Made by a program: the position numbers and the translations under genes. DNA of 52,179 nt from Octopus bimaculoides (lineage: Eukaryota): positions 26,305,296-26,357,474 of the forward strand of contig NC_068990.1 of the NCBI RefSeq assembly GCF_001194135.2. Direction: 5' to 3'. The notes beneath the pieces were generated by a model. The model had not been told where the DNA came from, searched no databases, and saw nothing but the letters and a program-made list of their open reading frames with translations. Each line of letters begins with the position of its first letter. Position 1 is the stretch's first letter. Shown here piece after piece: positions 34,925 to 48,090 of this stretch.

Positions 34925-35090
34925 CGAGGGTGAGTCAAAAAGTATTTTATTTAGGACAGGTATAATTTCCAACACAGGAACATGTATCATACATCAAAAT
35001 GAAGCTGGTCCTCTGTGGATCACATCCATACTTCTCAACATAGCCACCGTCTCTCTCAATAGCAATGTTCCACCTTCGAATGAGAGCATG
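34923..35090 (-). mobile_element. Mariner 3' end with transposase C-terminus
   Basis: TA-CGAGGGTGAGTCAAAAAGTA TIR; the minus strand reads HALIRRWNIAIERDGGYVEK, typical mariner end (L..RW...I...G.YVE). Confidence 0.85.
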
Positions 35091-35537
35091 TGTCAATAAG
35101 GGTCGATAAGTTATGTACCAGTTGCATACTGGGGTCGATCTAATCAACTGGCCCCACCCCAAAAATTTCGGGCCTTGTGCCTAGAGTAGAAAAGAATATC
35201 AACCTGAATATGTAACTAAAGGTATTATCAGTCTGTAGTTGTTGACTTAAGATCAAAAGAACTGAGATCATTCTTCCTCTGAAAAATAGTATTTGGTCGC
35301 AAATCTTTAATTTGTTTCAGTCTTTAGACTGTGGCCATGCTGGGGCACTGCCTTGAAGAATTTAGTCAAATGATTGACCCCATTACTTATATTTTAAGCT
35401 TGGTAAATACATACATGCATATATACAAACAAAAATACCCTGTTGTTGATGTTGAGATTCCAATGAAGGAACCTTGGATCTAGGTTCGAAACCAGATCTT
35501 TCTCTATTGGCAAGAAATCTTGAAATAAACTGAATAA

Positions 35538-36095
35538 TGACATACATACATAAATACATACGTGCATATGTACGTACATACATACATACATACACACATA
35601 CATACATACAAACATACATACACACACACATACACACAGGTATGCATGCATACATACATACATACATGCATGGGTACATACATACACACATATACATACA
35701 TACACACATACATACATACACACATACATACACACCTACACACATACAGACATGCACACATACATACATACTTATACACATATATACACACCTACATACA
35801 TACATACATACACATACATACATACACATACATACATACACACATACATACATGCATGCATGCATACATATATATATGCATATACATACATACACACATA
35901 CATACATACACACATACATACATACACACACACATACATACATACATACATACATACATACATACATACTTACACACCTACATACACACATACATACATA
36001 CATACACACACCTACATACATACACACACATACATACATACATACATACATACATACATACATACAGACCTACACACATACATATATACATGTGT
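35538..36095. repeat. (TACA)/(CA) compound microsatellite
   Basis: Direct inspection. Confidence 0.95.
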
Positions 36096-36553
36096 GTGTG
36101 TTATTTAATTTGAAACCCAGTACAACAATCTATGATATTTTCTCTTTGTAAAACTGTTGAGGTTTCTCAATCACTAAAAACACAGATTAGTCAAAAGTCA
36201 TCCCAGGACATGGCACTACATTTTTCCATATCTCCCAAGTTGTTAGTGACATACTAAAACAAGACTTGGTGAAATATTGAAATAACACTTACGGGTAAAC
36301 AAACAAACCACAAAAATGTATTTCATAGTATCTGGTTCAAGACACAACAACTGTGTGTTTAAATTTACACAACAAACAGGTGAATTTTTCATTTTATTTT
36401 CACAGTTCTATAAAAAGAACAAACAAAACAAAACTGTGCCTGGAACACAGGAAGGAAATTTTTGTTCTTTAATTATTTTAATGTCTATAAATTTTAACTG
36501 TTGCTAAATTTGAATATATCAATTAAGCTTTAAAACATCGCTTCGTAAAACGT

Positions 36554-36773
36554 TTAACGTTTTAAAAATCAGATTAACTCTGACGAACCTAATGTTTTTC
36601 AATCATATTGTTTTGAATTAATCGTACATCATCTCATTGCTTCGATGACGTGATTGTTTATTTTTACGATGACATTGCAGGATAGGTGTGAGAGGCTGGA
36701 TCTGGCCAGTTTGAACATAAAACAGGTAGAATATTTGGACCAGATATAACTGGTTTCAGTGCTAAAGAGTTAA
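36554..36773. mobile_element. piggyBac-type MITE, family 2
   Basis: TTAA at both ends; right end GCTAAAGAG-TTAA complements the TTAA-CCATTTAGC left end seen at 34803. Confidence 0.7.
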
Positions 36774-36789
36774 ATGACTGAGCTGTTGT

Positions 36790-36968
36790 GATGTGAAGAC
36801 ATATGAGTGTGGCCATGCTGGGGCATCACCTTGATGAAATTTTAGTTGAATGAATTGATCCCAGTACTTGCTTAGTAAAGCCAGGTTCTTATTTCTTTTA
36901 TCTCTTTTGCCAAACTGCTAAGTTACGGAAATGTAAACACACCACCATCTGCAGTCAAGCTGTTGTGA

Positions 36969-37016
<48 letters not shown>

Positions 37017-37185
37017 TACATACATACAACAGGCTTCTTGCAGTTTCCATCTACCAAATCCACTTGCATAGCTTTGTTCAGCCAAAGGCTATAGTAGAAG
37101 ACACTTGCCAAATGTGCTATATAGTGGGACTGAACCTGGAATCATGTGGTTCGGAAGCAAACTTCTTACCACACAGCCACGCCTG
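36790..37185 (-). mobile_element. SINE family A, degenerate full length
   Basis: Tail, microsatellite and head in reverse complement. Confidence 0.8.
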
Positions 37186-37204
37186 TGCCTATTCTTTCAT
37201 TCTT

Positions 37205-38026
37205 ATATTCCTTTACTTGTTTCAGTCATTTTGACTGCGGCCATGCTGGAGCATTACCTTCAGTCGAGTAAATCGACCTCCGGACTCATTCTCTGTAAGC
37301 CTAGTACTTATTTTATCAGTCTCTTTTGCCGAATCGCCAGGTTACAGGGACGTAAACACACCAACATCGGTTGTCAAGCAATGGGGGACAAACACAGACA
37401 CACAAATACATACATATCATCGTTTAACGTCCGCTTTCCATGCTAGCATGGGTTGGACGATTTGACAGAGGACTGGTGAACCAGATGGCTACACCAGGCT
37501 CCAATCTGATTTGGCAGAGTTTCTACAGTTGGATGCTCTTCCTTACGCCAACCACTCTGAGAGTGTTGTGGGTGCTCTTACGTGCCACCTGCACGAGGGC
37601 CAGTCAAGCGGTACTGGCAACAGCCACGCTCGAAATGGTGTATTTTATGTGCCACCTGCAGAGGAGCCAGTCCAACAGCACTGGCAATGACATTGCTCAA
37701 ATGTTTTTTCAAGTGCCACCAGCACAAGTGCCAGTAAGGCAATGCTGGTAACGATCACGTTCGAATGGTGCTTTTTATGTGCCACCGGCATGGAAGCCAA
37801 TCAGCTGTTCTGGCAGTGGTCACCCTCGGATGGTGTTCTTAGCACTCCACTGGCATGGGTGCCAATGATGGGCTTCTTTCAGTTTCCCTCTACCAAATCC
37901 ATTCACAAAGCTTTGGTCAGCCTGAGACTATAGTAGAAGCCACTTGCCCAAGGTGCCACACAGTGGGAGTGAACCCGGAACCATGAGGTTGGTAAGCAAG
38001 CTACTTACCACACAGCCACACCTGCA

Positions 38027-38030
<4 letters not shown>
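37205..38030 (-). mobile_element. SINE family A with an RTE 3' end (37415-37865) inserted in its central microsatellite
   Basis: A tail 37205-37410; RTE tail CATCGTTTAACGTCC...; A body resumes at GATGGGCTTCTTTCAG. Confidence 0.85.
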
Positions 38031-38096
<66 letters not shown>

Positions 38097-38639
38097 TATC
38101 ATATGAGCCTATATATATATCTATATATGTGCCTGTGTGTGCTGTGCATATACACACACTTCCACCTACACATAAGCACATGATAAAAGTATGTATATTG
38201 AATCCCTTCTTCACATTTATACGCATTTACTGGAATATACATATTACCATTTTAAATTTCCAATAAAAATGAAAATCTTACATGTTTTCTGATATTAATA
38301 AACGTCCTGCACAACATGCTATATCAATACACGATATATATTGTTTGCAGAATTGGAATTTGGTATTAGGAAATCACTTTGGAATGTAACAGTTAATTGT
38401 CTTGGAGGTACTACATTAATACACACACACACACACACACACACGTGTGTGTAAGTATATATATATGCATATGCATGTACATGCCTTTGTGTGTGTTTAT
38501 GTAATTCAAATGATATGCATTTCAATATTGCCTTCTTTTAATATATAAAATTCTAATATATATATATGTGTGTGTTTGTTCAAAAGCAAGCATCCACATA
38601 TATACATATACAGATATGAACACGCATGCACGCACATAT

Positions 38640-38760
38640 ATCTATCTATCTATATCTATCTATCTCTATGTGTCTGTCTATCTATCTACCTATTTATATG
38701 TGTCTGTCTGTCTATCTGTCTATCTATATGTGTCTGTCTGTCTGTCTATCTATCTATATG

Positions 38761-38805
<45 letters not shown>

Positions 38806-38864
38806 GTATGTGCTTCTCTTTATTTATCTATCGATATCTGTCTGTCTGTCTATCTATCTGTGTG

Positions 38865-38897
<33 letters not shown>

Positions 38898-39070
38898 GTG
38901 TCTGTCTATCTATCTACCTATTTATATGTGTCTGTCTGTCTATCTATCTATCTATATGTGTCTGTCTGTCTGTCTATCTATCTATATGTGTCTGTCTGTC
39001 TGTCTATCTATCTATATGTGTCTGTCTGTCTGTCTATCTATCTATATGTGTCTGTCTGTCTGTCTATCTN
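38640..39070. repeat. (TCTA)/(TCTG) compound microsatellite with a higher-order unit of about 30 bp
   Basis: Recurring TATCTATCTATATGTGTCTGTCTGTCTGTC. Confidence 0.9.
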
Positions 39071-39815
39071 NNNNNNNNNNNNNNNNNNNNNNNNNNNNNN
39101 NNNNNNNNNNNNNNNNNNNNNNNNNNNNNNNNNNNNNNNNNNNNNNNNNNNNNNNNNNNNNNNNNNNNNNNNNNNNNNNNNNNNNNNNNNNNNNNNNNNN
39201 NNNNNNNNNNNNNNNNNNNNNNNNNNNNNNNNNNNNNNNNNNNNNNNNNNNNNNNNNNNNNNNNNNNNNNNNNNNNNNNNNNNNNNNNNNNNNNNNNNNN
39301 NNNNNNNNNNNNNNNNNNNNNNNNNNNNNNNNNNNNNNNNNNNNNNNNNNNNNNNNNNNNNNNNNNNNNNNNNNNNNNNNNNNNNNNNNNNNNNNNNNNN
39401 NNNNNNNNNNNNNNNNNNNNNNNNNNNNNNNNNNNNNNNNNNNNNNNNNNNNNNNNNNNNNNNNNNNNNNNNNNNNNNNNNNNNNNNNNNNNNNNNNNNN
39501 NNNNNNNNNNNNNNNNNNNNNNNNNNNNNNNNNNNNNNNNNNNNNNNNNNNNNNNNNNNNNNNNNNNNNNNNNNNNNNNNNNNNNNNNNNACATACAGAA
39601 GCACAAATATATATATGTTTGCATGTATCCATAAGCATATATATGTACATTTTTTTTTATAGAGAGAGATTGTATAAATGTATATAAGGCTTAGATACGA
39701 ATACACACACACACACACATATATACACATATATATATTTACATATATACATATATATACATATACACATATACATATGCATGAATATATATGTTTAAAT
39801 GTATATAAAGCATAC

Positions 39816-39849
<34 letters not shown>

Positions 39850-39853
39850 GGGG

Positions 39854-39892
<39 letters not shown>

Positions 39893-39904
39893 TCATATAC
39901 AAGA

Positions 39905-40071
39905 GAGGCATGGCTAACCAGTTTGCTTCCCAACCATGTGGTCTTGGGTTCAGTTCCACAGTGTGACACCTTGAGCAAGCATTTTCTACTATAACCTTAG
40001 ATCAACCAAAGCCTTGTGATGCGGTAGAAGCCGGAAGCAGACCATCATATATATGTGTGTGTGTGTATATA

Positions 40072-40133
<62 letters not shown>

Positions 40134-40820
40134 CAGGACCTGAAGATTAGCTAGGCTGGTTTTGCATTTGTTACAACTTATGTAACTAGCATTGCTTTGC
40201 TATGAAACATTTGTAGTTTGTGTTTTACCTCTTCCATTCCTTACTTTTTTGGATATATGTATGTGTATATATATATATGTATTCATGTGTGTTTTGTGTG
40301 TGTCCTTGTTTTCACATCATATGATGGTTGTAAATGAGTATCATCATAATACAAATGATGTTATTTCCAGTCTTCCATAAAAGTTCATGTCTGCCCATGT
40401 GAAAGCCTTACTGCAAAACAGGTGAGGGTTGGCAACAGGAAAGGCATCCAGCTGCAGAAATTTGGCCCCAATGATCCAGTCAGACCCATGCAAACATGGA
40501 CATTAAACAATGAAGAATATGTATTGCATTATCCTCACCATTTAATGTCTGTTTTCCCGGCTGGCATGGGTTGAACGCTTTCACAGGAGCTGGTAAATCA
40601 GAGAGCTGCACCAGACTAACTGTCAGTTGTGACATGGTCTCCATGGCTGGATGCCTTTCCTAATGCAAACCTGTACGGGTCAGTCTGGGTCTGTAGAAGA
40701 CATTTGACCAAGGGGCTACACAGCGGGACTGAACCAGAGACCATGAGGTTGCAATGTGATCTTAACCATACAGCCACGCCTGCACACATACACACACACA
40801 CACAAATGACAGAAACACAG

Positions 40821-40872
<52 letters not shown>

Positions 40873-41370
40873 GTGCGAGCGTGCGTACATTGTGGGTGTG
40901 TATGTGTGAGATTACAAACAAGACACACTCACAATACTCCTGGAATTCTTTACACACACACACACACATGTAGGGAGTGGCTGTGTGGTAAGAAGTTCGC
41001 TTCCTGACCACATGGTTCCAGGTTCAGTCTCAAAGCACAGCAACTTGTGCATCTATCTTCTGCTATAGCCTTGAGTCAACCAAAGCTTTGTGAGTGGATT
41101 TGGTAGACGGAAACTTAAAGAAGCCCATTACATATATATTCATATTTACATGTGTGTGTGTGTGTGTGTGTCTTTGGATCAGTGTTTGCCACCACTTGAC
41201 AACCGGTGTTGGTTCGTTTACATCTCTATAACCTTGCAGTTCAGCAAAAGAGACCAATAGAATAAGTGCTAGGCTTAAAAAAATAAATATACTAGGGGTT
41301 GATTTGTTTGACTAAGATTTTTCAAAGCAATGCCCCAGCCTGGCCACGTTGTGATAAAAAGATAAAAGTC
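39905..41370. mobile_element. Cluster: SINE A fragments (39905-40050 +, 40690-40790 -), RTE 3' ends (40370-40675) and a full SINE A (40965-41370 +)
   Basis: Family motifs as above. Confidence 0.75.
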
Positions 41371-42044
41371 ATGCTTAAATATAAATATATCCATACATGC
41401 AATATACACATGTGCATAAAAGGTATTATTTGGTATTATTGATTACCTTAACGCAAACAACAAAACATTTATGTATTGTAGGACTCTATACATAACATAG
41501 AGTATAGATTATTGATCATGTTGTTTTATCTGGGACTTTATATGCACACACACACACATCTAAATGCATACATGCTTATAAACACATGCACACATGTATA
41601 TTCATTCATCAACAGGTGATCCAGTGCTATTAACTTTGTGGGAGAATGAAAAAAGACGATGGAATGTTGCCGTGACATTTTTTTCCTTCCTAATACAGAT
41701 CAATATTGTTTGGCTGATTAAAAGAGTTTGGAAACTCAAAGAGGTGCCATAAGCCTTCATTTGAATGGACAGAATTTTACTCCTTCACATCTTTGTTTTG
41801 TTTTCCTGTTTACAATAAACAACAATACCCAAAGAATTAGTATTGACACAGTTCTATATTAAAGAGATGAGGAATTATGTACATTATTTACATTAGATAG
41901 ATATTTATCCTTATCTTGTTTGTTGTTAACACAAAGTTTTGACTGATATACCCTCCAGCCTTCATATGCCCACGAGCATATGGCATAGTGGTTAAGAGCA
42001 CGGGCTACTAACCCCAAGATTCTGAGTTCGATTCCAGGCAGTGA

Positions 42045-42078
<34 letters not shown>

Positions 42079-42084
42079 CATAAT

Positions 42085-42728
42085 AATCATCATCATCATC
42101 NNNNNNNNNNNNNNNNNNNNNNNNNNNNNNNNNNNNNNNNNNNNNNNNNNNNNNNNNNNNNNNNNNNNNNNNNNNNNNNNNNNNNNNNNNNNNNNNNNNN
42201 NNNNNNNNNNNNNNNNNNNNNNNNNNNNNNNNNNNNNNNNNNNNNNNNNNNNNNNNNNNNNNNNNNNNNNNNNNNNNNNNNNNNNNNNNNNNNNNNNNNN
42301 NNNNNNNNNNNNNNNTCCGTGAGTGTAGTGGGTGCTTTTTACATGCCACTGGCACAGGGGCCAGAGGAGGCTGGCAACAGCCACGATCGGTTGGTGCTTT
42401 TTATGTGCCACTGGCATGGGAGTCAGTTGAGGTGGCACTGGCATTGGCCACGTTCGGATGTTGCTTTTTTCATGCCACCAGCACAGGGATCACAACTACA
42501 ATTTCCATTTGATTTTGATTTTGATATACTTGACTCAATAGGTCTCCTCAAGCACAGCATGTCACCCTACGATCCAAGGTACTTTTGAATGGGCTGGGGC
42601 TGGTTATGCGAAACTGGTGTAGGATACAGCCATGAACTCACTTTATTTGCCAGGTCTTTGCAGTCACAGCATATCTCCAGAGGTCTCGGTCTTTCATCAT
42701 TGCCTCTGTGAGGCCTAAAGTTCAAAGG
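42085..42728 (-). mobile_element. 5'-truncated RTE LINE nested in the Penelope-like element
   Basis: (CAT)n tail at left; 42638-42727 on the minus strand reads L*TLGLTEAMMKDRDLWRYAVTAKTWQIK*. Confidence 0.85.
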
Positions 42729-42779
42729 ACATTGAAAAATACCTTAGGAATGAGAACCCAGGTTTGAAATTTCCCCAAG

Positions 42780-42820
42780 ATACTTGATGAAGGCTGGAGG
42801 GTATATCAGCCGAAACGTGT
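42780..42820 (+). ncRNA. Decayed minimal (Penelope-type) hammerhead ribozyme motif
   Basis: TTGATGA (CUGAUGA with C>T) + A + stem II GGCTG/CAGCC + GAAAC + GT. Confidence 0.55.
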
Positions 42821-42939
42821 TAACAACAAACAAGATGAGGACAAATGTCCATCGAATGTAAATAATGTAAATAATGTAATTAGTATTGAGTAGGTTTTTT
42901 TTCTTCTACTCACACCCATGTAGAGGTGCACACACATAA

Positions 42940-43715
42940 CCTGGCACTCCGTTGGTTATGTTGATAAGGGTTCCAGTTGATTCGATCAACTGGATAGCCT
43001 GCTCATGAAATTAATGTGTAAGTGGTTGAGCATTCCACAGACACTTGTACCCCTAACGTAGTTCTCAGGGAGATTCAGCATGACACAGTATGACAAGGCC
43101 GGCCCTTTGAAATACGGGTACAACTCATTTTTGCCAGTTGTGTGAACTGGAGCAATGTGAAATAAAGTGTCTTGCTCAAGGATGCCATACACGTCTGGGA
43201 ATTGAATACATCACCTAATGACTGGGAATTGAATACTTTAAACACTAAAAGCTGCGTCCCTTTACCCAGAGCGACATTCCATTGGCTATAAGGACAAGGG
43301 TCCTGGTTGATCTAATCAATGGAACAGCTGGTGAAATTAACGTGCCAAGTGGCTGAGTACTCCTCAGACACGTAGTTCTTAGGGAGATTTAGTGTGACAC
43401 AGAATGTAACATGGCTGATCCTTTGAATTACAAGACCCCACCACCACCATTGCTTGACAACCGATGTTGGTGTGTTTATGTCCCTGATAGAATAAGAACC
43501 AAGCTTAGAAAACAATAAGTCCAAGGGGTCAATTTCTTCGACTAAAAGACAGTGCTCTAGCATGGCCACAGTCAAAATGTGTTCATTTTTGCCAGCTGAA
43601 TGGACTGGAGTGATGTAACAATAAAGAGTCTTGCTCAAGCACACAATGCACCACCAGGAATTGAACTCGTAACCTTATGATTGTAAGCCAAATACTCTGA
43701 CCTCTCAGCCGTACC
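42940..43715 (-). mobile_element. Two SINE C copies (second interrupted by a SINE A tail at 43430-43575)
   Basis: Reverse complement of 7683-8015 motifs. Confidence 0.8.
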
Positions 43716-43747
43716 AACATACTTTTGTCATCGACACAAAGCTGTAT

Positions 43748-43792
<45 letters not shown>

Positions 43793-43809
43793 CATGCGTG
43801 CTGTTTTAT

Positions 43810-44285
<476 letters not shown>

Positions 44286-44569
44286 TCTATATATATACAT
44301 ACACACATATATCTATATAAAAGATAGAATAAGTATCAGATTTTACAAAAATATTTAAAAAATCAAGTACTGTGGTTGTTTTGTCTGACTAAAATTCTTC
44401 AAGCTCGTGCCCCAGCATGGCCACAGTCTAATGAACGAAACGTGTGAAATTTATACATGCACATGACTATCAAATCCACGCCATCATAAAGCATAAACAT
44501 TAAATAATGACACGCACACACACACACACAGAACAGATGAGAGCTTGACATTCTCATCATAGTAAACAT

Positions 44570-44725
44570 GTAGTGCAGGTGTGTGATAAGAAGCTTACTT
44601 CCCAACCACATGGTTCCGGGTTCATTCCCACTGCGTGGCACCTTGGGCAAGTGTCTTCTACTATAGCCTTGGACCAACCAAAGCCTTGTGAGTGGATTTG
44701 GTAGATGGAAACTGAAAGGAGCCTG

Positions 44726-44763
<38 letters not shown>

Positions 44764-45195
44764 CCTGGCTGGCCCCCGTGCTGGTGTCATGTAAAAAGTA
44801 CCCACTACACTCTCAGAGTGGTTGGTGTAAGGAAGGGCATCCAGTTATAGAAACCTTGCTGGATCAGATTGGAGCCTGGTGCAGCCTCCCGGCATGCCAG
44901 TCCTCAGTCAAAATGTCTGACCCATGCCAGCATGGAAAGCAGACGTTAAACGATGATAATGGTGATGATGATGATGTATGTATACATTTGTGTGTTTGTG
45001 TCTGTGTTTGTCCCCCTCCCACCATCGCTTGACAACAGACATTGGTGTGTTTACGTCCCTGTAACTTAGCAGTTCAGCAAAAGAGACCGATAGAATAAGT
45101 ACTAGGCTTACGAAGAATAAATCCTGGGGTTGATTTGCTCGACTAAAGGTGGTGCCCCAGCATGGCCGCAGTCAAATGACTGACACAAGTAAAAG
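44570..45195 (+). mobile_element. SINE family A with an RTE 3' end (44760-44975) inserted in its central microsatellite
   Basis: A head and body, then (TA)n, RTE UTR with (GAT)n tail, then A 3' half. Confidence 0.85.
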
Positions 45196-45804
45196 NNNNN
45201 NNNNNNNNNNNNNNNNNNNNNNNNNNNNNNNNNNNNNNNNNNNNNNNNNNNNNNNNNNNNNNNNNNNNNNNNNNNNNNNNNNNNNNNNNNNNNNNNNNNN
45301 NNNNNNNNNNNNNNNNNNNNNNNNNNNNNNNNNNNNNNNNNNNNNNNNNNNNNNNNNNNNNNNNNNNNNNNNNNNNNNNNNNNNNNNNNNNNNNNNNNNN
45401 NNNNNNNNNNNNNNNNNNNNNNNNNNNNNNNNNNNNNNNNNNNNNNNNNNNNNNNNNNNNNNNNNNNNNNNNNNNNNNNNNNNNNNNNNNNNNNNNNNNN
45501 NNNNNNNNNNNNNNNNNNNNNNNNNNNNNNNNNNNNNNNNNNNNNNNNNNNNNNNNNNNNNNNNNNNNNNNNNNNNNNNNNNNNNNNNNNNNNNNNNNNN
45601 NNNNNNNNNNNNNNNNNNNNNNNNNNNNNNNNNNNNNNNNNNNNNNNNNNNNNNNNNNNNNNNNNNNNNNNNNNATATATATATATATATATATATATAT
45701 ACCGGAATTAGCACACAAATTTGAAACAAGGCGGAAAAAAAGAGTACTCAAATACCAGAGGTAGAGTAATACGCTTTATTTAGAGATATAGATATATATA
45801 AAGC

Positions 45805-45915
45805 ATGATTTATTCGTGATCAGAGTCCTTCGTAAACCGAGGTACTACTGTATGAATGTGAGAAAGTACAATTTATTCGTGGTCAAGGTTGTTTGAAAAC
45901 CATGGTTCTACTGTA
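45805..45915 (-). mobile_element. Two tandem pogo/Tigger-like right ends
   Basis: TTCGTAAACCGAGGTACTACTG-TA (ends 45852) and TTTGAAAACCATGGTTCTACTG-TA (ends 45915), the reverse complement of the TIR type at 12444. Confidence 0.6.
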
Positions 45916-46595
45916 TATATACATTTACACACATGTATGTATGTATATTGTGTGTTTGAAAAGGTTAAATAAAAGTGCTCACACACACTAGAAAAAAAAA
46001 GAATTTTTCCAAAAAGGTTAGTAACATCCTGATAAAAGATTTTATAACTTTCTTGAAAAAAATTCCCCTTATACTTAAAACTGTATTAAGTAATTTTCAC
46101 AAACACTTTCAAATATATATATCTACATATATAAATATATATATTCACATACATACTCACACAATTTAGAATAGTAAAAATGTAAAGATGCTTTTAAACT
46201 CTAATTCAGTATGTATGTGTGTGTATATATATATGCATATACACACACTCACTATTTTGGAATAGTGAATCTTGAAGCAGATAAAGCTACAACTATAGGC
46301 TTAAGAAACTTGTTTGAACAGAAAAAGTTGAAGGTTGCCACTTCTCAAAGTTTTTCAATTTTTAACATGCATCATGAAACAGTGACTTACTCATGAGAGA
46401 GTGTGTGTGTGTGTGAGTATACACACACACACTCACACACATACAAGCAGATACACAAATGTATAGATAACACTTATATACGCACACACATGTATATATA
46501 AATACGAATAAAATCTGTTGCTTTTCTTTTTTCCTACCCTATCTCTTTATCACACACACACACACGCACGCACGCACACACACACACACACGCGT

Positions 46596-46626
<31 letters not shown>

Positions 46627-48058
46627 GAGAATCCATAAGATTAAAGACTTCTTTTATCAAGAAACCCCTTAAAATCTGAAGATGATATCTTTCTTAAAAG
46701 GGAAAAAAAATAATGAAAATAAAAGATTATCAAAAAAAGATCTGAAGTTGAAAAACAAGAAGTTGGAAAGTTTTTGACTTACTTTCAACATATTCTGTTC
46801 TTCATTAGTGTTCTTGGATAACTGAACAGAATGGTACCAAAGCTGGAATTGCTTATCAAAGAAGTCTTATAACCAAGGTAGTGGGGGTGGGGATGGAAGT
46901 CCAAGAATTGACATTATCATATTAATAAATGGTGTTTTTGATCATTTCTTTTTCTCAGTCATTATTGTTGTTTATCATTAATAAATCCAGGTGATCTCTA
47001 ATCAAGCCAGCTCATAACCAAAGACACTCCAACTGTGACCATCCAATGGCATATTCTAAGTTTTTTAAGAATACATTATCTCATGTATCCTTCCTGGTTT
47101 AAGATGATGGTGGGTGTGATTCAAGGGTAATTTGGGTGTTATTTTTAACAGACTAATGAATTGTTTTCTTTCTTTTTAGTCTACCAAAAATCCTTATTCT
47201 GCAACGTAGTAACAGCATGCTGATGATGATGATGGATGTCACATTAACTTGTACCTCCTCATTCAGTCTGCAGCAGAAAAACCTCCCATATTTTACACAG
47301 TCATTGGTATGGCACTAGTAAAGCTAGACAAATGGTAACATAATCTTCGTATAGCAAATGCTTTACCGTTTCTATATCATTAGTTAATAATATAGTTTGG
47401 ACCAGTAAATATAATGTGTTTGCAGTTGAAACGCTTATCAAGTATAATGAATTTGAGAGGTATATTTCGGTTTAGTTACACACTGTTGTATATTTTCACA
47501 GGGTTTATCTTTTCAGAATACTTGAACCTTTAACATAATCCAGTGTAATGATGTACTGCATAAGGTAGATACAACATTACAGGTGCCTAACTAGTATGTC
47601 CAATTAGAGAGGTAATTTCTCACACTTGTAGTCTATCCAAGTTCATTGATAAAGTTTAAGTCGATCTGCGATTAAAGTGCTAGATGTTACCTTAAAGTGC
47701 CATGCCTGTGAATTGAACCTAAAACCTCATAATTGCAGGGTAGAAAGAAATGAAGAAACACAAAACTTGTTTACAGTCCAATATATCAGATATTCTTAAA
47801 GATTTCTGGGACTGGGATAATGGTTATTGGAAAGGCAAAATTAGCAAGTCTGAGTAAGTCTTTCAGAATCTGAAGTTAGCATCTAAAAAGACTTGGTGGG
47901 TGGTGGGTGGTGGGAAATAGATTGGTTTAGGAATGGAATAGCGAAAATATAAACGTTTTTGTTAAAAAAAAAAATGCCTTTCTTTGAAAAAAAACTTTGG
48001 AAGAAACACAGAAATGTAAGAAATATTAAGACTGGCTTCATTGTGTTTATGGGTGAAT

Positions 48059-48090
<32 letters not shown>

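Larger units (their letters stand above)
41847..42877 (+). mobile_element. Non-autonomous Penelope-like element with inverted 5' partial repeat, tRNA-like segment and nested RTE
   Basis: 41849-41965 is an inverted homolog of 42788-42878; 12 bp flanking direct repeat AATTAGTATTGA (41835-41846, 42878-42889); hammerhead-like core. Confidence 0.65.

Noticed and set aside
2672-35090. A 32 kb composite mariner bounded by the two TIRs
   Set aside because: Both TIRs read in the same direction on the + strand, so they are not an inward-facing pair; they are two separate fragments.
37575-37850. CRISPR-like repeat-spacer array
   Set aside because: Linkers are homologous to each other and the array is part of an RTE 3' UTR present in several copies.
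41966-42050. Functional tRNA gene
   Set aside because: Has A/B boxes and an anticodon-like arm but no acceptor stem pairing, and lies within a retroelement.
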